From NCBI GenBank assembly GCA_902550555.1, contig CACCZR010000001.1, positions 86,191 through 150,190 on the forward strand: DNA of 64,000 nucleotides, written 5' to 3'. Of the stretch, positions 26,841 through 36,297 are shown in pieces. How positions within the stretch are numbered: position 1 is the first letter of the stretch; every line of letters starts with the position of its first letter. Origin of the DNA: an uncultured SAR116 cluster alpha proteobacterium (GTDB lineage Bacteria; Pseudomonadota; Alphaproteobacteria; Puniceispirillales; Marisalimonadaceae). The notes under the pieces are model-generated. The model saw only the letters and a list, made by a program, of their open reading frames with translations. It ran no database searches and was not told the DNA's origin. Both the position numbers and the translations under genes were made by a program.

Positions 26841-27643
26841 TATTTATACTCATTTGAATGTAAAACATTATCTATTAAGTTTATACTTATACCAACTAGG
26901 TCTGAAAAAGCATTGGCTATTGTACCTAAAGCTAAGTAAAGAAAAATAAAAACACCAAGTAAAGTAATTGGGAAAATAAATGAAAATAAATTTAAAGTTG
27001 GAGCAGATCTTGTTATTATACCACCAGCTAAATTTATGAGTAACATTCCTCCAACAACTGGTAACATAATCAAACTGCCTAAGTATAACATCCTTCCAAA
27101 TGCAAATATGCCTGCATTGCTTACTTCTCTAAAATTTAAAGACTCCCCAATTGGTAGATAATTATAACTTTCAATAATCATTTTTATCAAAAATAAATGT
27201 CCATCGAGAGATAAAAAAATACTTATGAGAAATAAAGATAAAACTGTACTAATTACTAAAGTTTGACCTCCAGACTGCGGATCAACCATATTTGCCATAG
27301 ATAATCCAGCTGTGGATGCTATTTTTTCTCCACTTACAGAAGCCGCAGAAAACATAATATTTAAAATTAATCCAACTGATAAACCTAAACCAATCTCTGC
27401 TAAAATGATTATAAATATACTTAAAATACTCATTTCCATTACGTTAGGTAATTTTATATTTTGAAAAATAAAAAATGTTATACACATTGATAAAATAATC
27501 CGCACTTGAAGAGGAATGAAACTCGTTGAAAAAAAAGGCATACTAATAAGTAATGAACTAATTCTTAAGGAAGAGAAAAAAAACATTAAAACTAACTGGT
27601 ATAAATTTGTTAAGTCAAGTCCTGGAAAAGCTAACGGATTCAT
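26840..27643 (-). CDS. fliR: Flagellar export gate protein FliR
   Basis: 267 aa polytopic membrane protein in the conserved fliPQR-flhB order. 1-nt overlap with flhB. Confidence 0.85.
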   Translation of the reverse strand: MNPLAFPGLDLTNLYQLVLMFFFSSLRISSLLISMPFFSTSFIPLQVRIILSMCITFFIFQNIKLPNVMEMSILSIFIIILAEIGLGLSVGLILNIMFSAASVSGEKIASTAGLSMANMVDPQSGGQTLVISTVLSLFLISIFLSLDGHLFLIKMIIESYNYLPIGESLNFREVSNAGIFAFGRMLYLGSLIMLPVVGGMLLINLAGGIITRSAPTLNLFSFIFPITLLGVFIFLYLALGTIANAFSDLVGISINLIDNVLHSNEYK

Positions 27644-27654
27644 GATTGTAATTC

Positions 27655-27924
27655 TTAAATCCCTACACTTGAAATTTGATCAAATATAAAAGAAAAATAA
27701 TCTGATAATCCAACCATAAAAAAATTTCCTAAAAATGCAAATCCAATTAGAACAACAATTACCTTTGGAACAAAACTTAATGTCATTTCATTAATTGATG
27801 TTGCCGCCTGAAATATACCAATTAGTAAACCTATAGCTAGAGCTAAGCCTAATAAAGGACCACAAATCATAATAACTTTATATAATGCTAAACTGAGCAT
27901 AGAAATATTTTCATCAAAAGTCAT
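27655..27924 (-). CDS. fliQ: Flagellar export gate protein FliQ
   Basis: 89 aa, two TM helices. LLGLALAIGLLIGIFQAATSINEMTLSFVPK is the FliQ signature. Confidence 0.9.
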   Translation of the reverse strand: MTFDENISMLSLALYKVIMICGPLLGLALAIGLLIGIFQAATSINEMTLSFVPKVIVVLIGFAFLGNFFMVGLSDYFSFIFDQISSVGI

Positions 27925-27925
27925 C

Positions 27926-28717
27926 TCAACCTCCTGCTGAAAAAGTACTTACTAAGGAACCAACAGTCATTGCCCATCCATCAACTAAAACAAAAAGTAA
28001 TAATTTAAATGGTAGTGAAATAAGCATTGGTGAAAGCATCATCATACCTAATGACATCAATATGGAAGAGATAACCATATCAATAACTAAAAAAGGTAGA
28101 AATATTAAAAAACCTATTTGAAATGCAGTTTTCAATTCACTTGTCATAAAAGCTGGCAATACAACTCGAAAAGGTATTTCTTCATAATTTTCAAACTTTT
28201 TATCAATACCTGCTAAGTCAGAAAACATCAAAAGATCTGTTTTTCTTGTATTTTTGACCATGAAATTTTTTATACCTTTACTTGCTTTATCTACAGCTTC
28301 CTCTGCTGAAACTTCATTATTCATATACGGTATTGCTGCTTCATTGTAAATTTTTGTTAATGTTGGACTCATAATAAAAAAAGTTAAAAACAGAGAAATT
28401 GCAATAATTACTTGATTAGGAGGAGTTTGCTGTGTTCCTAGAGCTTGTCTTAAAATTGACATTACTATTATTATTCTAGTAAAACTTGTCATGCCTAAAA
28501 TTAATGAGGGTAAAATTGTTAATGCTCCCATTAGAATTAGAATTTGAAGTGGCAATGAATATTCTGTTTTACCTCCATTAGTATTTACATTTAAAGCAGG
28601 TAAACCATTTAAAAGTTCATTTGCAAGCGCAGGTTTACTAATGCATAAAATTGTAAACGCTAATATTATTAAAAATTTTAAAGGAGAATATATTAAATTT
28701 ATCATGTACTTTTTCAT
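27926..28717 (-). CDS. fliP: Flagellar export gate protein FliP
   Basis: 263 aa. Signal peptide, then LILMGALTILPSLILGMTSFTRIIIVMSILRQALGTQQTPPNQV, the FliP signature. Confidence 0.9.
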   Translation of the reverse strand: MKKYMINLIYSPLKFLIILAFTILCISKPALANELLNGLPALNVNTNGGKTEYSLPLQILILMGALTILPSLILGMTSFTRIIIVMSILRQALGTQQTPPNQVIIAISLFLTFFIMSPTLTKIYNEAAIPYMNNEVSAEEAVDKASKGIKNFMVKNTRKTDLLMFSDLAGIDKKFENYEEIPFRVVLPAFMTSELKTAFQIGFLIFLPFLVIDMVISSILMSLGMMMLSPMLISLPFKLLLFVLVDGWAMTVGSLVSTFSAGG

Positions 28718-28719
28718 AA

Positions 28720-29154
28720 TTAACTCTTTTTATGTAATGCAAGAAGATCAGAAATATTAACCTGCTCCAAAGGTTTTTTTGTTTCAACTTTTGGAGAAGC
28801 ATTTGTATTTTCCTTTGCAATTAAACTATTTGAAATATCTTTATTTTCGTTAAGGTTATTTTTATTATTTATAAATTTTTGATCTTTTTCTGCAGGTGAT
28901 TTTAAAATTTGCACTAGGTTTGAATGGCCTGATTTATGACCTACAAAAAAAAACTTTTCATTTTCTATTGAAAAAATCATAGCAGAATATCCACCTCTTA
29001 TTGGTGAATATTCAATTATATTAATTTTTTTATTGTTAATTATTTTTTTTAAAGAAACACTTTTTCTTCTTATAAAAAAAGCAACTAATACAAAAATACC
29101 CAAAAAACTTAAAACTGTTATTATTGTATATGGATTTAAAATACCTTCATTCAT
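28720..29154 (-). CDS. fliO: Flagellar protein FliO
   Basis: 144 aa with a single N-terminal TM. Assigned by position directly upstream of fliP and by size and topology. Confidence 0.6.
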   Translation of the reverse strand: MNEGILNPYTIITVLSFLGIFVLVAFFIRRKSVSLKKIINNKKINIIEYSPIRGGYSAMIFSIENEKFFFVGHKSGHSNLVQILKSPAEKDQKFINNKNNLNENKDISNSLIAKENTNASPKVETKKPLEQVNISDLLALHKKS

Positions 29155-29178
29155 AACTTACCTCTCATTTTAAGGTAA

Positions 29179-29193
29179 GCAAGAATAGTGCCA
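29179..29193 (-). promoter_or_regulatory. Sigma54 promoter upstream of fliO
   Basis: The minus strand reads TGGCAC-TATTC-TTGCT, a consensus -24/-12. The -12 GC lies 25 nt upstream of the fliO ATG, with GAGAGG between them. Confidence 0.85.
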
Positions 29194-29250
29194 ATGATGA
29201 AGTTATATAACGCTTTGAAAAAATTGAATAAAATTAGTCAAAAATTTGAC

Positions 29251-29568
29251 TTATAACTTTTTAACAGTATCTTCTGGATTAGAAACTTCTGTAAATCTTA
29301 CACCAAATCTTTCTCCAACCATTACTACTTCACCTCTTGCAATTTGAACACCATTAGCAAGGATATCAAGAGGATCTCCTGCAAGTCTTTCCAACTCAAC
29401 CACAGAACCTTCATTTAGTCTTAAAAGATCACGTATTTTTAATTGGGATGATCCAACTTCTACAGTAAGTTTAACTTCAATATTTTCTAAAACTTTTAAA
29501 TTATCAATACTAACTTCAGACTTATTATCTTCAGTCTCAACGTTATTCTCTTGATCTAATTCCGCCAT
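29251..29568 (-). CDS. fliN: Flagellar C-ring protein FliN
   Basis: 105 aa SpoA domain (LTVEVGSSQLKIRDLLRLNEGSVVELERLAGDPLDILANG...ARGEVVMVGERFGVRF). Confidence 0.9.
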   Translation of the reverse strand: MAELDQENNVETEDNKSEVSIDNLKVLENIEVKLTVEVGSSQLKIRDLLRLNEGSVVELERLAGDPLDILANGVQIARGEVVMVGERFGVRFTEVSNPEDTVKKL

Positions 29569-29578
29569 ATTAACTCCT

Positions 29579-30550
29579 TTAAGAAACTCTATTTTTAAGG
29601 CTTATTGCAGCCTGACCATTTGATTCACCAATTTCAGCTTTAAATAATATTTTTTTATCAACTAAAAAATCTACTCCATCAATAGGACCAATCTGCAGTA
29701 AATCACCTTTTTTAAAATTAACCATTTGTGACACTTTTACCTTGGGTTCACTTAAAATAGCAGATACAGGCAATGGTACATTTAGTACTGAATTTTGTAA
29801 CCTTTCTCTCCAAGTTGTGTCATCCTCAATCACATCTGACTGAACTCTAGATCTCAAAAGGGAAGCAATTGGTTTAAGTGTTTGCAGTGGATATATTATA
29901 TCAAATGAAGCTGAATCTACATTTGGTAATTGTATTACAAAAGAACATATTATCACTGAATCTGATGCCTCAACTAGAGTTGCAAATTGAGGATTTATTT
30001 CTCTACCAACATTTTTTATTGAAATTGGCATTAAATCTTTCCAAGCATTCTCTAATGATCTTCCAATACCGTCGCTGACTATCTCAATTATTCTTTCTTC
30101 AGTTGCAGTAAATTCAGCTTTTTTTGAGGGAAAGCTTGCTAATTTTCCACCATAATAACAATTGGTTAATATGCTAATAAATGATGGATCCATAACTAAC
30201 AACATCGAACCTTTTAATTCCTCTATACGAGAAGTAGACAAGCTCATAAAACTTTCTAAGCCAGCACTATATTCATCATAAGTTTTAACTTCTGGGGGAA
30301 AAGGATTAATTTTGGGTTGTAATCTCAACATTGGTAAAAATATCCCTCTTACCATCCTAGCAAATCTCTCGTTAATTAGTCTTAGGGCATAATAGTCTCC
30401 CATTAATTCAAGATTATCAGATCCAAAAGTAAAAGATGTTACCTCTAAGTCGTTATTAAAACCATCTCCAGAATTAATTTCACCAGATTTCAAGCCATCC
30501 ATTAAGGCTGATACTTCTTCTGACGATAATTTCCTTGACGTGTTTGACAT
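29579..30550 (-). CDS. fliM: Flagellar C-ring switch protein FliM
   Basis: 323 aa. N-terminal CheY-P-binding-type motif LSSEEVSALMDG and a C-terminal SpoA-like domain. Confidence 0.9.
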   Translation of the reverse strand: MSNTSRKLSSEEVSALMDGLKSGEINSGDGFNNDLEVTSFTFGSDNLELMGDYYALRLINERFARMVRGIFLPMLRLQPKINPFPPEVKTYDEYSAGLESFMSLSTSRIEELKGSMLLVMDPSFISILTNCYYGGKLASFPSKKAEFTATEERIIEIVSDGIGRSLENAWKDLMPISIKNVGREINPQFATLVEASDSVIICSFVIQLPNVDSASFDIIYPLQTLKPIASLLRSRVQSDVIEDDTTWRERLQNSVLNVPLPVSAILSEPKVKVSQMVNFKKGDLLQIGPIDGVDFLVDKKILFKAEIGESNGQAAISLKNRVS

Positions 30551-30560
30551 TTAAAAACCC

Positions 30561-31157
30561 TTATTGAACTACAAAACTTGTAAAATAAACACCCTCAATA
30601 CCAGGGAATTCTTTAAGAGATTCTAGTTTAGCATTCATTTCTTTAAGTAACTTTTCAGAAAGAGCATTTTTACCTTCACTTCCAGAAATACTTTCTTCAG
30701 AAAAATCACTAATAACTGATAAAATGACAGATCTTAAAGCTAATTGATGCTGATCAACCATTTCAATAACTTTTTCGTCATATTGAGTTGAAACACCAAC
30801 ACTAATTTGTAGAAACTTTTTACTATTTTTTAAATTTGTAGTGAAATCACCAGGAAATTCAAAATAAGTTGTTTCATAAGCGTCGACATCTGGAACTGAT
30901 TTAACATTTTTTGTTATTATTCCCTCTTCATTATTTTCTTCAGTGTTTTCATCTTTATTCTGTTTATTTTTTACCTTTGGTTCTCCTTCAATAATTTGAT
31001 TCACTTCTTGTGAAGGATCTTGTTCTGGTTCACCACCAAAAATGAAATATCCAATTCCAAGACCTAGAACAATTAAAAACATCCCACCAATCACAAAAAG
31101 AATAATTTTTAAAATCCCACCTTTTTTTTGTTGTTCTTCTTCTTTTACTTCAGCCAT
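30561..31157 (-). CDS. fliL: Flagellar basal-body-associated protein FliL
   Basis: 198 aa. A single TM, then YFEFPGDFTTNL...LQISVGV...LRSVILSVIS...GIEGVYFTSFVVQ, the FliL signature. Confidence 0.85.
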   Translation of the reverse strand: MAEVKEEEQQKKGGILKIILFVIGGMFLIVLGLGIGYFIFGGEPEQDPSQEVNQIIEGEPKVKNKQNKDENTEENNEEGIITKNVKSVPDVDAYETTYFEFPGDFTTNLKNSKKFLQISVGVSTQYDEKVIEMVDQHQLALRSVILSVISDFSEESISGSEGKNALSEKLLKEMNAKLESLKEFPGIEGVYFTSFVVQ

Positions 31158-31170
31158 TTTTGTCTCACTT

Positions 31171-32400
31171 CTAAGCGTTAATATTAATTAAGTAATTTGA
31201 ATTGTCATCTTTATTATTTTCTTCATTCTCTAGAATAGATATCTCATCTTTATTAAAATTATTATCTTTATTATTTTCTGAAGAATTTTTATTTTCTCTA
31301 TTTGAACTCATTAACGAATTTTCAAAATTAATTTTTTCTAATAGAAAACCGTGATCTGATAGTGTCTTTGCTAATAGTCCTTCGTTAGATTGTAATGCAA
31401 TCATACTAGCTGCATTTTCAACTTTCATTACGATATTTGCACTTTTATCTTTTATTTTTAAATTAATTTTTAAATTACCTAGTTCTTTTGGTTTTAAAGC
31501 TAATTCGATCTGCTTTTCATCTTCCTTTAATCCTTTTTCTATTCTTAAAATTAATTTTTCTGTCCAACCAAGTTTTGATATATCTAATTCTTCAATCATT
31601 TGATCTAAAACAAAATTAATATTTCTATCACTGTTAAATTGGTGTTGACTAAAATTGTTTCTTAAACTTAAGTTGTCTATTTTGTTTATTTGGTCACTAT
31701 GATGAGAAAAATTATTGCTCTCACTATTACCTTTAGTTTGTTTATACATAATTTCATTATCGTTAAAAATTATTTTATTTTCAAAATTCTTTGAATTTAT
31801 ATCTTCCTTTAAGCGATCAATTTTAGAAAAAATATCATTTAAAATACCTTTATTATACTCATTATTTTTAACATTATTTTTTTTAATTATATTATTATAA
31901 GAATTAGGTTTTAAATTTGATTTGTCTGACACATTTAAAAGGCTTTTCTCATTTTCACTAATTGAATTAATGTTTATGTTTATATCTTTGGTAATATCAC
32001 TATTTGATAACTTAGATACAATATTTTTTTTATTAAAATTTATTTTTAACAGCTTATCTGATTTTACATTAAGATTTAAAATATTTGGAATTTTTTTTGA
32101 ATTAAAATCAAAAACTTTATCATTTTTAAAAATTGGATGGTTCGTTTCATTTTCAGGAAATTTAGAAAAAAAATCCTTAAACATAATCTCTAATTTACCT
32201 ATATTTTTGGATGATTTTTTTGAACTTAATACTTTTTCAATTGAAGGATTCACAATAAATTCATTTATATTTTTTCCGTTAACTTTTTTTTCATCAACCA
32301 ATACAGGCAATGAAAACAAAGCACCTAAAACGTCATCAGTTTTACTTTTATCATTATTTTTAACGCTCAAATCAAATTTATGTGTATTAATTTTATCCAT
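31171..32400 (-). CDS. fliK: Flagellar hook-length control protein FliK
   Basis: 409 aa. Low-complexity N-terminal ruler region and a C-terminal Flg_hook-type domain (IELALKPKELGNLKINLKIKDKSANIVMKVENAASMIALQSN). Confidence 0.7.
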   Translation of the reverse strand: MDKINTHKFDLSVKNNDKSKTDDVLGALFSLPVLVDEKKVNGKNINEFIVNPSIEKVLSSKKSSKNIGKLEIMFKDFFSKFPENETNHPIFKNDKVFDFNSKKIPNILNLNVKSDKLLKINFNKKNIVSKLSNSDITKDINININSISENEKSLLNVSDKSNLKPNSYNNIIKKNNVKNNEYNKGILNDIFSKIDRLKEDINSKNFENKIIFNDNEIMYKQTKGNSESNNFSHHSDQINKIDNLSLRNNFSQHQFNSDRNINFVLDQMIEELDISKLGWTEKLILRIEKGLKEDEKQIELALKPKELGNLKINLKIKDKSANIVMKVENAASMIALQSNEGLLAKTLSDHGFLLEKINFENSLMSSNRENKNSSENNKDNNFNKDEISILENEENNKDDNSNYLININA

Positions 32401-32423
32401 AAAAGACCTTTAAGAGAATAAAT

Positions 32424-32438
32424 GCAATTTAAGTGCCA
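32424..32438 (-). promoter_or_regulatory. Sigma54 promoter upstream of fliK
   Basis: The minus strand reads TGGCAC-TTAAA-TTGCA, a perfect consensus, inside the 41-nt fliJ-fliK gap. The -12 GC lies 24 nt upstream of the ATG. Confidence 0.85.
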
Positions 32439-32441
32439 CAA

Positions 32442-32864
32442 TTAATTTTTTGTTAAATTTCTATTTGTAATTTCTAATTTTAAATCTTGAAACTCACTAA
32501 ATTCCATTTTCTTTTTATGGATTTTTTTTTCTACCTTATCTTTTTGAATAAATGTTTTTGCAATCGCTAAATCAGTTTTATTTTTTTGCTCTAATAAAAA
32601 TTCTTTTTTATTTTCTGCAATTTGTTTTTGCTTACTCATTATGTTTATGACTTTGCTCTTATTTTTATAAATTGCTCCTATCAAATTTTTATTAGTTTTT
32701 TTATTATTCTCTTGAATAATATTATTAATTTTAGACAATAAAATATCAGTTTTTTTTAATTCTTCATTTATTAAATTTACATTATTAATTTGATTATAAA
32801 GATCTCTTTTTTTTAATTTTTCAAGAAGTTTATATAACCTTATTTCTTTTTTAATCTTATTCAT
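32442..32864 (-). CDS. fliJ: Flagellar export chaperone/stalk protein FliJ
   Basis: 140 aa Lys-rich coiled coil. Assigned by the conserved position after fliI (8-nt overlap) and by size. Confidence 0.6.
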   Translation of the reverse strand: MNKIKKEIRLYKLLEKLKKRDLYNQINNVNLINEELKKTDILLSKINNIIQENNKKTNKNLIGAIYKNKSKVINIMSKQKQIAENKKEFLLEQKNKTDLAIAKTFIQKDKVEKKIHKKKMEFSEFQDLKLEITNRNLTKN

Positions 32865-34179
32865 TATATAACTTCAACAATTTTGATATGCATTCACTAT
32901 AATTAATTTTTTCATTTTCTTTTTGAGAGATGAAATCAATAATTTTAGGCCACATTGTGATTGCCTCATCAAGTAATATATCTTTACCTGGAACATATCC
33001 ACCCATCATAAGAAGATCTTTATTTTCAACATAAGAGGACACATGAGCTCTAAATTTTGTTGCTATATCTAAATGATCTTCTTTAATAATTTCATTCATG
33101 ACCCTACTAACTGAATTAGTTATATCAACTGCTGGATAAATTCCCATTTGTGCATTACTTCTACTTAACAGTATATGACCATCCAATATAGCCCTTGCAG
33201 TGTCAACAACAGGGTCATTGTTATCATCAGCATCTGCTAAAACAGTATAAAATGCAGTTATACTTCCATCAGAAACATCAGAGTTTCCAGTTCTTTCAAT
33301 TAAATTCGGTATCATTGAAATGACCGATGGAGGATAACCTTTTGAAGTAGGTTGTTCTCCCAGAGAAAGACCAATTTCCCTTTTTGAATGAGCTATTCTA
33401 GTCAAGCTATCCATAATTAATAAAACATTTTTGTTTTTACTTCTAAAATATTCAGCTATAGCAGTTGCTCTATTGGCTCCTCTTACCCTCAAAAGTGGTG
33501 ATTGATCTGCTGGAACAGCAACAACAGTAATTTTGTTTTTATTTTCATTACTAAACAGACTTTGTACCATTACTCCAACTTCCCTAGCTCTCTCTCCAAT
33601 CAAACCAAGAACAACTACATCTGCATTAGTAAATTGACTCATCATTTTTATTAAAATAGATTTACCTACTCCCGAACCTGCAACAATCCCTACTCTTTGA
33701 CCTTGTCCAATAGTTAAAAGTGAATTAATTATTTTTATTCCTACATCCAAGGGTTTTGTTACCGGCTTTCTTTTTAGAGGATTCATAGACTTTCCCATTA
33801 AAGGCCACTCCTCTTTCATTTTATCTATAGGTTTATCGTCTAATGGATTACCAAATGCATCTGTAATCCGTCCTAAAATCCTTTCATCAATATTAATATT
33901 TTTTCCATTATCTATTAACTGTACTTTACAACCTATAATTAAATTTGGATTTTGCCCTAATACAGCAAGCATATTGTATTTTTCATCAAAACTAATAACT
34001 TCGGACATGATTTTGTTTTTATTACAATCATATATTAAGCATAAACTCCCAATTGGAGCTGGAAAAGGATCTGTATAAACGATATTCCCATCAAATTTTT
34101 TCACCTCTCCAATATGAATGATATTCTTTTCAACAGATATGTTTTTAATTTTTTCTGAAATCTGGGAAGTAAAATTCAT
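32857..34179 (-). CDS. fliI: Flagellum-specific ATPase FliI
   Basis: 440 aa. Walker A AGSGVGKS, Walker B LLIMDSLTR, F1-beta-like. Confidence 0.92.
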   Translation of the reverse strand: MNFTSQISEKIKNISVEKNIIHIGEVKKFDGNIVYTDPFPAPIGSLCLIYDCNKNKIMSEVISFDEKYNMLAVLGQNPNLIIGCKVQLIDNGKNINIDERILGRITDAFGNPLDDKPIDKMKEEWPLMGKSMNPLKRKPVTKPLDVGIKIINSLLTIGQGQRVGIVAGSGVGKSILIKMMSQFTNADVVVLGLIGERAREVGVMVQSLFSNENKNKITVVAVPADQSPLLRVRGANRATAIAEYFRSKNKNVLLIMDSLTRIAHSKREIGLSLGEQPTSKGYPPSVISMIPNLIERTGNSDVSDGSITAFYTVLADADDNNDPVVDTARAILDGHILLSRSNAQMGIYPAVDITNSVSRVMNEIIKEDHLDIATKFRAHVSSYVENKDLLMMGGYVPGKDILLDEAITMWPKIIDFISQKENEKINYSECISKLLKLYNE

Positions 34180-34182
34180 AAT

Positions 34183-35226
34183 TTACTCTATTACTTTTTT
34201 ATACTTTATTGATTGAATCACTCCACCAATGTCAATTGTAAAATCACCTCTACCTAAAGAAGAATCTAAATCCAATTTAAAAGTAATTTCTGATTTATTA
34301 CTTTCTATAAATTTGTTTAATAAATCAAAATCCTCATTATTGAGATAAATTTTAATATCGTTATTAATACTTTTTATTTCATTAATACTATTTTTAATTT
34401 TTTTTAAAAACTTGTCAGGAAATTTTTCTATTTGGTAACCAATTACACTTTCGGCTAATTCAATTACTTTTGCCTTAACTACATTTTCAATTTCTTCATT
34501 ACTAATTTCTCTAATATTTTTAAATAGAGTATTAATTAAACTAATTTCAGAAATAACTTCATTAGCATAATCTTTTGAATCTTCTGTATTATTTTTAATT
34601 TCTTCACTTTGAGTTTCGATATTTTCTTCTAAAGATTTTGTTACAGCTTCACGAACTGAGTCTAATGCTTCAAGTGTTTTTTCTTCATATTCAATTTTAT
34701 TTGTTTCAGCAGAATTAGTATCAAGAATTTCTTCATCTAGTTTCTTTACATTTTTATTAATATCTTCCTCTAATACTCCCTCTGATTTTTCTTGTTTATC
34801 ATTAACATTTTCTTTTGAAACTTCATCTGATTTTATGGTTTCATCGATAGCTCCATCAACATGGTCTGCTTCTTTTTCATTATTATTATTTTTATCAATA
34901 TCGTTAAAAGAATGAATATTTTCAGGTCCATCATTTTGATTAATGTCTTTAACAGTTTCTTGACTTACACCTACATTTTCTTCACTGGAGTTATCAGTTT
35001 CATTTTGGTTTTCTTCTGATGAAATTCTTTCAGATTCTTTTGCTAGATCAAATAATGTTTTTTTTACAAAGTTTTTTTTATCTTTTTTATATAATTCTTC
35101 TTGATTAAATGTTGAATTTTTAAACGATTTAATAACAGAATTAATCTCATCAGTTCCTAAAGGAGAAAGTTTTAACTCCTCATTCTCATTTTCACTCTGG
35201 TTTATATTGACCATAACATTACTCAT
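34183..35226 (-). CDS. fliH: Flagellar assembly protein FliH with long acidic N-terminal extension
   Basis: 347 aa. The C-terminal ~110 aa are FliH-like (...AESVIGYQIE..., ...LGRGDFTIDIGGVIQS). Located between fliG and fliI. Confidence 0.7.
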   Translation of the reverse strand: MSNVMVNINQSENENEELKLSPLGTDEINSVIKSFKNSTFNQEELYKKDKKNFVKKTLFDLAKESERISSEENQNETDNSSEENVGVSQETVKDINQNDGPENIHSFNDIDKNNNNEKEADHVDGAIDETIKSDEVSKENVNDKQEKSEGVLEEDINKNVKKLDEEILDTNSAETNKIEYEEKTLEALDSVREAVTKSLEENIETQSEEIKNNTEDSKDYANEVISEISLINTLFKNIREISNEEIENVVKAKVIELAESVIGYQIEKFPDKFLKKIKNSINEIKSINNDIKIYLNNEDFDLLNKFIESNKSEITFKLDLDSSLGRGDFTIDIGGVIQSIKYKKVIE

Positions 35227-35232
35227 CTAAAT

Positions 35233-36273
35233 TTATACAAAATCATCACCACCACGACCAGCAAGCACAATTGATCCCTCATCGGACATTCTTCTTGCTA
35301 TAGCAATTATTTGTTTTTGAGCTTCTTGAACTTCTGTTAATCTTACAGGCCCCAACGCTTCCATTTCATCTTGTATATTCGCTGCAGCTCTTTGAGACAT
35401 ACAACCAAATAATTTTGTCCTTAGCTCATCATCTGCACCTTTAAGAGCTAAAATAATTAATTCATCATCAACTGCTCTTAAGAGAGTTTGAAGAGATTTA
35501 TCATCTGAAAGTAGTAATGTTTCAAAAACAAACATATTATCTTGAATACCCTGCATTAGTGATTTGTCAGCTTTTAAGATATCTTTCATTATTCTTCCTT
35601 CCATATCTTGTTTACAGAAGTTCATAATTCTAGCAGCAGCTTGCACTCCTCCAACTTTACTAGCTCTTAAACTTGCGTTTGAAGAAAAAACTTTTTGCAT
35701 AACTCTATTTAATTCTGACAACGCTTCGGGTTGAATGGTTTGAAGTGTAGCTATCCTTTTTACTATGTCTGACTGTATATTTTCCGGTAAAAGATTTAAC
35801 ACATCTGCTGCAATGCCAGGCTCTAAATATGAAATGATCAACGCTATAATTTGCGGATGCTCTTCTAAAATTAATTCCGCAATAGACCTTGCGTCTAACC
35901 ATTCTAATATTTCAATTGCTTTAACACTATCCTGAGGCGTAATTCTTCCTAAAACACTTTCAGCTTTATCTTCTCCAAGTGCTTTTGTTAAAACATTTTT
36001 AATATAACTTGTTCCTTCAATACCTAAACTTGTTTGCCCTTTTATAATTGCCAAAAACTCATCAAGTACTAAATTCACTGTTTCTTGCGGCAAACCTTGA
36101 ACTGAATACATAGCACTACCTAAAGTTTGAACTTCCTTTGGAGAGAGATTTTTCATAATCTCAGCGGCTTCATCCTCTCCAAGTAACATCATCAAAATTG
36201 CACATTTTTGAGTTCCAGTTAAATTGTCATATAAATCATTTATATCTTCAGTTGTAGATACTTGTTCAGCCAT
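35233..36273 (-). CDS. fliG: Flagellar rotor/switch protein FliG
   Basis: 346 aa. LTGTQKCAILMMLLGEDEAAEIMKNL, EEHPQIIALI and the MFVFE motif. Confidence 0.92.
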   Translation of the reverse strand: MAEQVSTTEDINDLYDNLTGTQKCAILMMLLGEDEAAEIMKNLSPKEVQTLGSAMYSVQGLPQETVNLVLDEFLAIIKGQTSLGIEGTSYIKNVLTKALGEDKAESVLGRITPQDSVKAIEILEWLDARSIAELILEEHPQIIALIISYLEPGIAADVLNLLPENIQSDIVKRIATLQTIQPEALSELNRVMQKVFSSNASLRASKVGGVQAAARIMNFCKQDMEGRIMKDILKADKSLMQGIQDNMFVFETLLLSDDKSLQTLLRAVDDELIILALKGADDELRTKLFGCMSQRAAANIQDEMEALGPVRLTEVQEAQKQIIAIARRMSDEGSIVLAGRGGDDFV

Positions 36274-36297
36274 TTTATATCCTATCTGTATTATGTT

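Noticed and set aside
31715-32413. Plus-strand ORFs 31715-31900 and 31922-32413 antisense to fliK
   Set aside because: They are antisense to the low-complexity fliK ruler region. The second would run through the fliK sigma54 promoter. No supporting signals.
35705-35902. 65-aa same-strand, out-of-frame ORF inside fliG; likewise 28638-28820 across the fliO/fliP junction
   Set aside because: They are alternative frames within highly conserved genes. There are no slippery or frameshift signals and no start context.
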